DNA of 64,000 bases, taken from positions 1-64,000 of the forward strand of contig CAKZTQ010000032.1 of assembly GCA_937921735.1 (NCBI GenBank), in the 5' to 3' direction. Numbering within the stretch: position 1 is the first letter of the stretch; each line of letters begins with the position of its first letter. A program made the translations under genes and the position numbers. Origin of the DNA: an uncultured archaeon (GTDB lineage: Archaea; Hadarchaeota; Hadarchaeia; Hadarchaeales; Hadarchaeaceae). Shown in pieces: positions 18,496 through 27,873 of the stretch. The notes under the pieces were generated by a model, which did not search any database, was not told the origin of the DNA, and saw only the letters and a list, made by a program, of their open reading frames with translations.

Positions 18496-18760
18496 GGCCC
18501 GCCGTGTTCCCCAAGACACTAACCCCCGGGTTCACCGGCCGAGCGAACGCTCCCTCGCCCGGGTAACCCTCGTGATGGGGTCTTCGGCGGGCCGCCCACC
18601 TGTGCCGCACCAGGGTTGGCTTCAGGGTCATGGCTTTAGGTGCTCCACCACTCGCTCCCCGAAGGACCCAATTTGGCGCGTTGTCGGTGGGCCAGCTCAG
18701 GTGTTCCCGCGGTGATGCACCGGTGTTCACGAATCGCACCAGCTCTCGATTCCCGCGGGT
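18496..18760 (-). ncRNA. Unassigned structured RNA candidate (three multibranched domains)
   Basis: Closing stems CCCGCG/CGCGGG, GCCCACC/GGTGGGC and GGCCCGCCG/CGGCGGGCC with internal hairpins. TATA-like TTTTTAA ~25 nt upstream on the minus strand. No credible ORF. Strand is uncertain. Confidence 0.55.
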
Positions 18761-18865
18761 GATATCCCTTCATCGCAGTTAAAAATTGGCTTCCCGCGGC
18801 TATAAAGCTTGGCCCACGTAAAGAGCAAACGAGGCATCGTGGAACACCAACTCTTTTGGCTGGCT

Positions 18866-19273
18866 CTAGCGCGCCTCGAAGAGGTAGAAGGCCGCCCCCC
18901 GGTGGTTCACGAGCTTCCCTCCGGGCAGCACGCTCTCCGCCGCCAGGGGCTTCACGATCAGGTCGGCGCCCACCTTGCGGGCCAGCTTCAGCAGGTAAGG
19001 CTGCAGCTCGGGCGGCGGCCGCATCGCGTATATCAGGGCGGCGTTCTCGTAGATTCGAAGCCTTGGGTTGGTGACGTCGTCGCGCTCGAACCTCACACCC
19101 GGCGGCAGGGGCGGCGGAGGGGAGATGTCGGTGGCTACTATCTCGCAACCGGACAAGCGTCTGCTCAGCTCGATGGCGGTAGCGGGAAGCGCACCCACGC
19201 CCACCTCGACGATCTTCCTCGCGTGGGGATAGCGGGCAGCGATGTAATCCGCGATCGCCTCGAACTCACGCAA
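18866..19273 (-). CDS. UPF0146 family protein
   Basis: VEVGVG, DDVTNP...IY..A.LIYA.RPP.EL. Confidence 0.9.
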   Translation of the reverse strand: MREFEAIADYIAARYPHARKIVEVGVGALPATAIELSRRLSGCEIVATDISPPPPLPPGVRFERDDVTNPRLRIYENAALIYAMRPPPELQPYLLKLARKVGADLIVKPLAAESVLPGGKLVNHRGAAFYLFEAR

Positions 19274-19278
19274 GGGGA

Positions 19279-20922
19279 TCAGCCCGCTTGCAGGTCGAGC
19301 TCGAGGGCGGCGACGGGGTGCTCCAACTCGAAGTTCAGGATGACCTCGGGGTGGAGCTCGCCGATGATGCCCAAGCGCTTCCCCTCGGAGACGACCTCGG
19401 CCGCCCTCCCCTCGAGGAAGCTCGGGTGCTCAAGGGGTTTGACCTCGTAGCTCACGTTCAGCTCCCTCAGCACCGCTTCAGCCACCGCCTTGATGTAGGT
19501 GAAGTTGCCGACGTCGCCCACGGCGGCGGCGGCGACCCTGCGCACATCCCTAGCCCCGGTCTCAGCGCCCTCGTCGAGCAGCACCACATCCCCCACCTCG
19601 AAGATGCGCTGGGGAAGCGGGTGGAGCTTGTTCTCCCTGAACACCGACATCAAGCAAGGGATGAGCCAGGTTCGAAGGATGGTGTACTCCTCCGAGATGG
19701 GGTTGGCGATGGTGGCGGCCTCGCCCTCCGCCCTCATGAGCTCGAAATTCGTGCGGGGGTTGGTGAGCGTGAAGGTCATCACCTCTAGGAAGCCCAAGCC
19801 CGTGAGCACCTTCCTCACCCTCGCGCTCAGCGCCTCCAGCGGGTGCCTCTCGCCGACGGTCGCCACCTTGGGCAAGGTCGGCTTCAGCCTGTCGTAGCCA
19901 TATCCCACCGCGAGCTCCTCGATGAGGTCCACCTCGTGCAGGATGTCGGTTCGATAGGGGGGAACGAGCAGGCTTAAGCTGTCTCCCCGCGCTCCGACGA
20001 CCCCAAACCTCATCCTGCGCATTATCTCGGCGGCCTCCCTGACCCTCAACTTCAGCCCCAACATCTCATTCGCCGCGCGCACGTTCAGGCGCTTGCGCCT
20101 TGGCTTGAGGTCTGGGACGCGGAGGCTTCGGCCGGGGTACTTGACCGAGATCGAGCCTAGCTTGAACCCACGCTCCGCTAGGCCGGTCATCAGGATCACC
20201 AGCGCTTGGTTCACCGCCCTCTCGTGGGTACCGGTGACGTCGACGAACAGCCGTCGCGTCCCCGCCGTCACCCTCGTGAGCTCCCCGTTGATGATGGGGG
20301 GCATCGAAAGGACGTTTCCCTTGGCATCGACTATTAGCGGATAGCGGTCGAAGCCCTGGAGGAGGTGGGCGTACCTCACCCCTTTGGGGTGTTCCCCGAG
20401 GATCTCCGCGGGGGTGAGCTCACGATCCATGTCCAGGGGCACGAACCTCACCCCCTCGGGCGAGACGGTGGTGTAACGGAAGGGCGGTCTAACCCTGTCC
20501 AGGTCGTGGATTCCTATCGCTACCCTCCTCCTGTCCCTACCCAAGGTTTCGTGGAGCTTGTCCTGCACCTGCATAAGCTGGGCCACGGAAGCATCGGTCA
20601 ATTTCACGTCCTCGACTATGCCGCCGGCGAAGTAAGGCCTCACCCCCCTCGTACTTCGGTCGACCCGCACGACCACGCCCGAGTTCTTCAGCCCGTAGTT
20701 CGGTAGGCCAACCTCGATGCCCAAAAAGCCCCTCAGCGCCCTGGCCACCCCTTCCACGCTCAGCAGGTCCGGGCGGTTATGGGCCACCTCGAGCTTAAGC
20801 TCCCCTCCCGCTGCTTCAGCTTCGATGCCCATCATCATCAGGCTCCTCTTCAGAGACCCCCACCTCACCCGTCTGCCGAGGAGCTCGCAGAGATCTCGGT
20901 ACTTGACGGAGATCGTCGGCAT
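19279..20922 (-). CDS. pheT: Phenylalanine-tRNA ligase beta subunit
   Basis: MPTI, NRPDL.S.EG.ARAL, SMPPIIN, R.DILH..D..E, FE.G.V. Confidence 0.97.
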   Translation of the reverse strand: MPTISVKYRDLCELLGRRVRWGSLKRSLMMMGIEAEAAGGELKLEVAHNRPDLLSVEGVARALRGFLGIEVGLPNYGLKNSGVVVRVDRSTRGVRPYFAGGIVEDVKLTDASVAQLMQVQDKLHETLGRDRRRVAIGIHDLDRVRPPFRYTTVSPEGVRFVPLDMDRELTPAEILGEHPKGVRYAHLLQGFDRYPLIVDAKGNVLSMPPIINGELTRVTAGTRRLFVDVTGTHERAVNQALVILMTGLAERGFKLGSISVKYPGRSLRVPDLKPRRKRLNVRAANEMLGLKLRVREAAEIMRRMRFGVVGARGDSLSLLVPPYRTDILHEVDLIEELAVGYGYDRLKPTLPKVATVGERHPLEALSARVRKVLTGLGFLEVMTFTLTNPRTNFELMRAEGEAATIANPISEEYTILRTWLIPCLMSVFRENKLHPLPQRIFEVGDVVLLDEGAETGARDVRRVAAAAVGDVGNFTYIKAVAEAVLRELNVSYEVKPLEHPSFLEGRAAEVVSEGKRLGIIGELHPEVILNFELEHPVAALELDLQAG

Positions 20923-20925
20923 CCT

Positions 20926-22488
20926 TCACCCTCCGCTCGGTTTGAGCTTGGTTGTGCGGGAGATCCAGCGAAGGTCGTTGCAGAAGACATCCCTGATGTC
21001 CTCGAGCCCAAGCCTCATCGCGATGAGCCTGGTGAGGCCTATCCCCCAAGCGAGCACCGGGCATCTAACGCCCAAGGGGCGGAGCACCTCCGGCCTGAAC
21101 ATACCCGCCCCTAAGATCTCGATCCACTCCCGCCTCCTGGGGTGGTACACGTCCGCCTCCACCGAGGGCTCGGTGAAGGGAAACATGCCGGGCCTGAACC
21201 TCACCCTCTCGAAGCCCAGCTTGTTGATGATCAGCTTGAGGTACCCGAGCATGTCCCTAAGCGTCAGCCCCTCGTCCATAACTATGCCCTCCGCTTGGTA
21301 GAACTCCGCGAGGTGTTTGTAGTCTATCTTCTCGTGCCTGTAGACGCGCCCGAGGCAGAAGACCTTCGCCGGGGGCTTGGGGTGCGACGCCAAGTAGCGG
21401 ATGGTGGCGGCCGTGGTCTGCGAGCACATCACCGGTCTCCGGCTTATGTCGGCATCGAACTTGTAGCCCCAGCCCGTGGACCCTGCCACCCCCCGCTCGT
21501 GCGCGGAGGCCACCCGCTCCACCAGCGCTTCGGGGAGCCTAGCCCTCCCAGGCTTGGAGAGGGAGAGGCTGGCGTGGATTTCGCGGGCTGGGTGATCTTG
21601 GGCTTGGAAGAGCACGTCGAAGTTCCAGAACTCGGACTCCACGAGATTGCTCTTTATCTCGACGAACCCCATCTCCAGCAGGATCTCCCTGAGCTCCTCG
21701 ATGATCTCCTGCTGGGGGTGTAACCTGCCCGGCACGAGCTGCGGTCCTGGGGCGGCGACGTCGTAGCGCCTGAACTTCACCTCCCTCCAGCGACCGCTCA
21801 CGAGCAGCTCCTGCGTGAGCTCGCTTACCTCCTCCACCAGCTCGAGGCCCAGCGCCAGGGCACGTTCGCCTGGCTCGGTCAGCGCGAGCCTTCTCTGCAC
21901 CCTTTGCTCTACCTCGACCAGCCCTCGCCTCGCCAGCACGGCTAGCTCAGACCTCAAGTGGCTGGGGAGCTCCTCCACCTCCACGCTTTTGAGGGCCAGT
22001 AGCTCCAAGAGTTCCTCGTCCTGCTGCTTTTTCCCCGCCGCCGCTTCGCCATCCCTCGTGGGGGCAAGCATCGTCCGCCCCGCCTGCTTGATGAACACCG
22101 CCCAGCCCTTCCTGCGCAGCCAACCCAGCGCTATCCGCATTTGTCCCTCCGTGAGCCCAGCGCGGCTAGCGGCCTCCTCGGGCGTGCAGGGGCCGAGCTC
22201 AAGCAGGGATCGAAGCATGCGTCGCTCCGGGAGGCCATCCTTGGCGTAGGCCAAGCCCTCCTCAGTCGCGGCAGCGAGCGTCCGCTTTCGCTCCTCGATT
22301 CTAATGAAGCCCAGCCCTTGAAGTGCGAGGGCCGCCCGCATCGCCGTCGCCGGCTCCAGGGCCGCCCGCCCGGCGACGTCGGCGATGTCCCCCTCGCCCC
22401 CGAGCTGCTGGAGCGCGAGCAGGACCTTCCTCTCATGGGTGCCCATGCTCTTGACGACTGCCTCGAGGTCCAACTTTCGCCCCCGCAC
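20926..22488 (-). CDS. pheS: Phenylalanine-tRNA ligase alpha subunit
   Basis: FWNFD.LF..QDHPARE, FPFTEPS.E, GAGMFRPEV. Confidence 0.97.
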   Translation of the reverse strand: MRGRKLDLEAVVKSMGTHERKVLLALQQLGGEGDIADVAGRAALEPATAMRAALALQGLGFIRIEERKRTLAAATEEGLAYAKDGLPERRMLRSLLELGPCTPEEAASRAGLTEGQMRIALGWLRRKGWAVFIKQAGRTMLAPTRDGEAAAGKKQQDEELLELLALKSVEVEELPSHLRSELAVLARRGLVEVEQRVQRRLALTEPGERALALGLELVEEVSELTQELLVSGRWREVKFRRYDVAAPGPQLVPGRLHPQQEIIEELREILLEMGFVEIKSNLVESEFWNFDVLFQAQDHPAREIHASLSLSKPGRARLPEALVERVASAHERGVAGSTGWGYKFDADISRRPVMCSQTTAATIRYLASHPKPPAKVFCLGRVYRHEKIDYKHLAEFYQAEGIVMDEGLTLRDMLGYLKLIINKLGFERVRFRPGMFPFTEPSVEADVYHPRRREWIEILGAGMFRPEVLRPLGVRCPVLAWGIGLTRLIAMRLGLEDIRDVFCNDLRWISRTTKLKPSGG

Positions 22489-22563
22489 AACTCAAAGCCT
22501 ACCGTGCTATAAAAACTACCTCCAAAAAGTCTCGTCGAGGGTCAGCGGAGCCTTAACTTGCGG

Positions 22564-23550
22564 CTACGCTCGCCTGAAGTGCTCGTATCCACGGTCGGGC
22601 AATTCCTCCAATTTGCCATCCTTCTCGATGTAGACCCCGCGGCCCCTCTCCACGCGCCCGATCGCGGTCGCCGACGTGTCCATGCGCTTCAGCGCCCACC
22701 GTATCCCTCGCCAACCCTCAGGGCGAGCCGTGAAGAGGAGCTCGAAATCCTCGCCCCCGAAGAGCGCGAACTCGCCCGCGTCTAACCCTCGCCGCTCGGC
22801 GAACTCCTCGACGAGGGGGTGAACGGGCACCCGCTTGAGGTCCAGGATGAGCTTGACCCCGCTCATCCTCGATATCTGCCAAAGGTTCGACGCTAGGCCA
22901 TCGGTCACGTCTATGGCGGCGGTGACGTGGCCGCACTTGGCGAGCGCGATTCCCTCCCTCACCCTCGCTATCGGCTCGAGCTGGGCTCTGACGAGCTCCT
23001 CGTAGCCCCCGCTGGGCAGCTTTTCCAACAATATCCTTAGCCCAGCCGAGGCCGCGCCCAAGCTACCCGTGACGGCGATGATATCACCCGGTCTAGCTCC
23101 AGAGCGGGTTAGCAGCCTTCCTTTCCTCGCCACGCCGAAGGCCGCGCCGGCTATGATGATCTCCTCGCTTTCGTCGAGATCGCCGCCCACCACGTATGCC
23201 CCATATTTTCTGGCCGTAGCGTCCATGGTGCGGATCATCCTTTTAACGAACTCCACCTTTAGCTGGCGGGGCAGGCCCACGGAGAAGACTAGGCCCAGCG
23301 GCTCCGCCCCCATCGCGGCCAGGTCGCTGAGGTTGGCGACGACCGCCTTCGCCCCCATCTGCTCCGCGGTTGCGGCGGTTGGGAAGTGCTGGCTCGCGAC
23401 CAGCATGTCCGTCGTGACCACTAGGTAGCGTCCGTCGATATCGATCGCAGCGGCGTCGTCGCCTATCCCCACTTCGACCTTGGGCCCCTTGACGCAGATC
23501 CTGCGCGCGAGTTCGATCAGGGCCCTCTCGCCCACATCGCTGAGCTTCAG
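22564..23550 (-). CDS. thiL: Thiamine-monophosphate kinase (probable CTG start)
   Basis: GIGDDAA, NLSDLAAMGA.P, GGD, D..DGL, GGEDFEL. The N-terminal KLSDVGE follows a CTG with an RBS. Confidence 0.95.
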   Translation of the reverse strand: MKLSDVGERALIELARRICVKGPKVEVGIGDDAAAIDIDGRYLVVTTDMLVASQHFPTAATAEQMGAKAVVANLSDLAAMGAEPLGLVFSVGLPRQLKVEFVKRMIRTMDATARKYGAYVVGGDLDESEEIIIAGAAFGVARKGRLLTRSGARPGDIIAVTGSLGAASAGLRILLEKLPSGGYEELVRAQLEPIARVREGIALAKCGHVTAAIDVTDGLASNLWQISRMSGVKLILDLKRVPVHPLVEEFAERRGLDAGEFALFGGEDFELLFTARPEGWRGIRWALKRMDTSATAIGRVERGRGVYIEKDGKLEELPDRGYEHFRRA

Positions 23551-23593
23551 GTTCTCACCTCACCGCTCCAAGTTTGCGCAAGTTCGCAAGGAG

Positions 23594-23950
23594 CTACAAC
23601 AACGGCAGGTCGCCGGTTATCCCGTCGACGGCCTCGCTCGGCGCCGGGCCCACGGCCAAGACCGTCGTAGTGTTCGGGGGCAGCTCCGTCAGCCCGGCAT
23701 CTCGGATGAGCTCGCATGGCAGGCCAAGTTTCCTCGCCCTTCCGTAAAGCTCCAGGAGCTCCTTTTCCCCCTTCACCTTCACCACCACCTTTTTCTGACC
23801 CTCGACAAGCCACGCGTCCAGCCATTCCCTCCTTTCCAGCCTCGCTCGTTCAGCCGCCGCTACCGCGCCGTGCGCCACTTGGACGGCTAGTTTCCCGGGG
23901 CTCATGTTCAGGTCCGTCCTGACGATTATCACTTGCTTGTACTTGAACAC
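23594..23950 (-). CDS. pth2: Peptidyl-tRNA hydrolase Pth2
   Basis: KQVIIVR.DL.MS.GK.A.QVAH, DAGLTE.PP.T.T...GP. Confidence 0.95.
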   Translation of the reverse strand: MFKYKQVIIVRTDLNMSPGKLAVQVAHGAVAAAERARLERREWLDAWLVEGQKKVVVKVKGEKELLELYGRARKLGLPCELIRDAGLTELPPNTTTVLAVGPAPSEAVDGITGDLPLL

Positions 23951-23951
23951 C

Positions 23952-24389
23952 TCAACCGCCCACCTGTTTTTCGTCCGGGGCTTGTCCAGCAGCGGGTTCT
24001 GGCTTTTGGAGCTCTTGCCCACCCCCTTCTGGCGCGGGTCCTGCTTGTGGCGGGGGTGGGGGTTTGGGCCTGCGCAGGGCCCGCATGGCAGCGCGCGCAT
24101 AACCGAGCGGGACAGCGAGGCCCCCTCGCACGTATGCCGCGACTACACAGGCCGCACAGAACAGCAAGACCGTCCCGACGAACGGAGCGAGGCGGAGCAT
24201 CCTGATGTGGGGTAGGGCCAGCAGGACGCCGGCATAGATCACCACGAGCGCGCCGAGCCCGAGACTCAACGCTGCGCGGGACCAAGGGTCCAAGCTCTCC
24301 CATCTGGGGAAGAGCACAAGGGTGAGCAAGAAGCCTGGAGCGAGCAGCAAGAATAAGCCCAGCAGGATGAGGCCAAATTGCTCAAGCAT
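23952..24389 (-). CDS. Membrane protein (DUF1616 N-terminal-like)
   Basis: PGF.LT..LFP....LD...R.ALS.GL; three TM segments and a Pro-rich tail. Confidence 0.65.
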   Translation of the reverse strand: MLEQFGLILLGLFLLLAPGFLLTLVLFPRWESLDPWSRAALSLGLGALVVIYAGVLLALPHIRMLRLAPFVGTVLLFCAACVVAAYVRGGLAVPLGYARAAMRALRRPKPPPPPQAGPAPEGGGQELQKPEPAAGQAPDEKQVGG

Positions 24390-24439
24390 TGACCCACGCT
24401 AGGTAGGATTATCTACTTGGGCTTTAAAACCATTGTCAG

Positions 24440-25636
24440 ATGTACGACGTCGCGATAGTGGGCGGGGGTCCTGTTGGCTGTTTCGCCGGCAAGTTGTTGG
24501 CCGAGCGTGGTCTCGACGTCGCCGTGATCGAGGAACATGCCGAGATAGGCCATCCCATGTGTTGCGCTGGTGTGGTGGGCGTCGGCGGCCTCCGCGAGCT
24601 GGGGATTAGACCGGGCAAGTGGGTGCTCAACGAACTTAGGGGTGCGAGGCTCTACCCGCCCTCGGGGAGCCCTGTGAGCTTGAGCCGGGGAAGGGTAGAA
24701 GCTCTGGTAATAGACCGTGCCGCTTTCGACAGGGAACTCGCGGCATCGGCTGCAAGGTCCGGCGCCCGCTTTCTCATGCGCAGCAGGTGCGTGGACATCT
24801 CGGTCGGCGAGCAGGTGAAGATCAAGGTCGAAACAGAGGGAAGGCTTCGCGAGATCGCCTCGCGCCTCGTCATAGGCGCAGATGGTCCGAACTCCTTGGT
24901 CGCGCGCAAGGTCGGCCTTCTGAGGTCACGTCAGTTGATAAATTGCGCCCAGGCGGAGGCGATCGCCGACATCCATGCAGAGACTGCCGAGGTGTACCTA
25001 GGCCGCAAATACGCGCCTGGCTTCTTCGCCTGGGTCGTGCCCGCTGGCGAGCTGTGCCGCGTAGGCGTCGGCACCGTTGAGGGTTCGGCCTTGGGGAAGC
25101 TCAAGAAGCTCTTGCGCGAGCACCCGGTCGTCTCGGAGAAGGTCGATGGGGACAAGCTCCTGCACCTCACGGCGGGGGCCATCCCAAGGCCGTTGACGCG
25201 AGGGATGTACGCCGACGGGGTGATGTTGATCGGCGACGCCGCGGGGCAAGTGAAGCCCTTGACGGGGGGCGGGATATACATCGGCCTATCCTGCGCCAAG
25301 TTGGCGGCGGATGTTGCGGTCGAAGCCTTGGAGGAAGGCGACGTGAGCGCTAAGGTCCTGCGCAAGTACGAGGGGGCGGTTAGGGGGAAATTCGGTGGAG
25401 AGTTTGAGCTAGGCATGCGCGCTTGGCGGCTTTTCCTCGAGCTTTCCGACGAGGATCTGAGCTCCCTGCTTCGGGCGCTCGAGACACCGGATGTGAGGGC
25501 TACCCTGTTGGAGCAGGCCGATTTCGATCATCACGCCAAGGTCATCTCGGCCCTCGCGAAAAGGGGGCCGAGCTTGCTCCGCTCGCTCGGGTTAAGGAGG
25601 CTTGTGAGGTACACCAGCCACATGCTTAAAAAATAA
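24440..25636 (+). CDS. Geranylgeranyl reductase family (DGGGPL reductase)
   Basis: GGGPVG, IGADG..S, APG.FAWV.P, GDAAGQVKP.TGGGI. Confidence 0.92.
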   Translation: MYDVAIVGGGPVGCFAGKLLAERGLDVAVIEEHAEIGHPMCCAGVVGVGGLRELGIRPGKWVLNELRGARLYPPSGSPVSLSRGRVEALVIDRAAFDRELAASAARSGARFLMRSRCVDISVGEQVKIKVETEGRLREIASRLVIGADGPNSLVARKVGLLRSRQLINCAQAEAIADIHAETAEVYLGRKYAPGFFAWVVPAGELCRVGVGTVEGSALGKLKKLLREHPVVSEKVDGDKLLHLTAGAIPRPLTRGMYADGVMLIGDAAGQVKPLTGGGIYIGLSCAKLAADVAVEALEEGDVSAKVLRKYEGAVRGKFGGEFELGMRAWRLFLELSDEDLSSLLRALETPDVRATLLEQADFDHHAKVISALAKRGPSLLRSLGLRRLVRYTSHMLKK

Positions 25637-25843
25637 GGCGGAGATTCGACCCCTCGACTACTCTTCGGCAGGGCAATTGCACCCCACCGCTTTTCGTCTC
25701 GGGGCCTTTTTCCCGCGGTTCTTGCCTCCGCGCCCACCACCGGGCGCATTAGCCTAGCCCTTCCCAAGTTCCCTTGGTTCCTGCAAGGCTCCCCGCCGCC
25801 CTTAGGCGCCGGTTCGGCCGTCACCGCGGGCTTCCTCTCCGCC
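25637..25843 (-). ncRNA. Unassigned ~207-nt structured RNA candidate
   Basis: Terminal stem GGCGGAGA/TCTCCGCC; inner CCCGCGGT/ACCGCGGG; hairpins CCAAG-GGAA-CTTGG, CGCC-TAAG-GGCG and GCGCCC/GGGCGC. TATA-like TATTTAAG ~25 nt upstream and a T-run directly downstream. Confidence 0.65.
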
Positions 25844-26085
25844 AATTTTATTTTGAAAATTTTCCCTTAAATAACTGGTGGAATGTCTTATTTCTGACCA
25901 AAGTGGACGATTTTCGCCCTGGATCAATCTGCTGGGGTGTGGCGTTTGTAATTTCCTCCCTTATCACGTCGCTACATCGACGAAGTTTTTGTTTATCGCA
26001 GATAGGCCTTATGCACCCCACGCGGCAGGAGCTGCTGACGGAGTGGGCTCTCCATGAATTTTATCCTTCAAATGCAATAATTAGC

Positions 26086-27105
26086 ATGATGCCCGCCAAC
26101 CTACCTCCCGAATATCTGAAGGCGGAGGAGCGATACCTCCGCGCCAGGACGCTGGAGGAGAAGATCCTCGCGACGCAGGAGCTCATCCGCTTGGCCCCCA
26201 AGCACAAGGGCACCGAGAAATTGCTGAAGGTGCTCAAGAGGCGCCTGTCCAAGCTTCGCGAGGAGCTCCGCAGGCGGGAGATGCGCCGGGTGGGAGGGGG
26301 CCCGAGCTTTCACGTCAAGAAGGAGGGTGTGGCACAAGTTGCGCTCGTAGGCGTCCCCAACTCAGGGAAGTCCACGTTGCTGAGGCAGCTAACGGGTGCC
26401 CAGCCGGAGGTAGCGGATTATCCCTTCACCACGCGCGAACCGGTGCCCGGTATGATGCAGTTCGAAGACGTGCAGGTACAGCTCGTCGAGATCCCCGCGA
26501 TAATAGAAGGTTCGAGCTTGGGAAGGGGCCTGGGCGCCCGCCCCTTGAGCGCTGCCCGCAATGCCGATGCCATCGCCCTCGTGGTGGACGCCTCCAACGA
26601 GCCGCTGAGGCAGATGGAAACCCTCCTTTCTGAGCTCTGGGCGGCCGGCGTGCGGCTAAATAGATTTGCGGGAGAGGTAGTCGATGGGTTCGAGGAGCAC
26701 AGCGAATCCCTCGTTGACAGACGCGCGGTTATCGTTGCGACGAAGGGGGATCTCCCTGGCGCTGAGGAAGGGTTCGAGTTGTTGTGCGGCAAATATGGCG
26801 AGAGGTTCCCGGCCGTCCTCGTTTCCCCCGTTGCGGGGAGTGGTCCGACGGAGGTCAAGCGTCTGATATTCGAGAGCTTGGGCCTCGTGCGGGTGTACAC
26901 CAAGCGCCCAGACGAGCCACCATCCGAGCGCCCGTTGGTGTTGCCGAAGGGCTCCACCATCTTGGATGTAGCGAGGGCCGTCCACAAGGACATCGCAAGG
27001 GGGCTGAAATTCGCTAAGGTGTGGGGGTCCGCCCGCTTTCCCGGTCAACAGGTGCCTCGAGACTACGTGCTCCAAGACAAGGACATCGTCGAGCTGCACG
27101 TGTGA
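26086..27105 (+). CDS. DRG/OBG-family GTPase with TGS domain
   Basis: PKHKGT, GVPNSGKS, YPFTT, C-terminal TGS (VWGSARFPGQ.V). Confidence 0.9.
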   Translation: MMPANLPPEYLKAEERYLRARTLEEKILATQELIRLAPKHKGTEKLLKVLKRRLSKLREELRRREMRRVGGGPSFHVKKEGVAQVALVGVPNSGKSTLLRQLTGAQPEVADYPFTTREPVPGMMQFEDVQVQLVEIPAIIEGSSLGRGLGARPLSAARNADAIALVVDASNEPLRQMETLLSELWAAGVRLNRFAGEVVDGFEEHSESLVDRRAVIVATKGDLPGAEEGFELLCGKYGERFPAVLVSPVAGSGPTEVKRLIFESLGLVRVYTKRPDEPPSERPLVLPKGSTILDVARAVHKDIARGLKFAKVWGSARFPGQQVPRDYVLQDKDIVELHV

Positions 27106-27114
27106 GGTCATAGC

Positions 27115-27873
27115 TTGCGGTCCTACGTAGACGCATGCGATGTCGAGCTCTTCGAGCTCAAGGGCCGAGAGTTGCCCGTGGCCATGCTCGGCACGAGTCC
27201 ATTTTGCGGCGCCGGTCAGTTCGGCCCAAGGGCCGAGTTATATTACAGGACATTTTACGAACATCCCCAGAACATGGTCCGCCTGATCGTCGCGTCGACC
27301 GAGCTCGGCGTGCCTGCCGTCCACGTCGTCGCATATCCGAGGATTTGTTGGGCGGTCGCCGAGGCTTCGAGGGCGTGTGATATCAAACTTTGCGTCTTGG
27401 GCACGATTGGCTTGCTCGACCCCATGGACGAACTCAAGCGTCTGCTCTCCCTGGGTGCGGTCGGGGTGGCAGTACATGCGGACATCGTCGACCGCGACCC
27501 TAGCTCCGTGGAGCGATACGCGGCGGCGATACGCGACGGCGGGGCAGCGGTCGGCGTGGCCACACATCGCCCTTGGAAAACCCTGAGCAGGATCCGAGGG
27601 CTCGACTTGGATTTCGTGATGGCCCCCGTGAACAAGTCGGGCTACATGATGGGGCCTAGGCCCGGTGAAACGTTGGAACTCCTTCGTTCCTTGAAGGTGC
27701 CCATAATCGCCATCAAGCCCCTCGCGGCCGGCGAGCTAAGGCCCGGGGAAGCGCTCGAGTTCCTCCGCTCACGCGTCGACGCGGTAGCTGTGGGTATAGC
27801 GTCGGAGGAGGAGCTCATCGAAACTTGGCGGGCGGTAAAGGAGAACTTCACTCGCCGCGGAGGTACCTGGTGA
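27115..27873 (+). CDS. Aldo/keto reductase-like TIM-barrel hypothetical protein
   Basis: LGTSPF.GAGQFG, GVATH.P, PVNK.GY, IAIKPLAAG. Confidence 0.7.
   Translation: MRSYVDACDVELFELKGRELPVAMLGTSPFCGAGQFGPRAELYYRTFYEHPQNMVRLIVASTELGVPAVHVVAYPRICWAVAEASRACDIKLCVLGTIGLLDPMDELKRLLSLGAVGVAVHADIVDRDPSSVERYAAAIRDGGAAVGVATHRPWKTLSRIRGLDLDFVMAPVNKSGYMMGPRPGETLELLRSLKVPIIAIKPLAAGELRPGEALEFLRSRVDAVAVGIASEEELIETWRAVKENFTRRGGTW

Noticed and set aside
18458-18739. ORFs of 73-93 aa across the structured region
   Set aside because: No recognisable motifs; the extensive base-pairing is better explained by an RNA.
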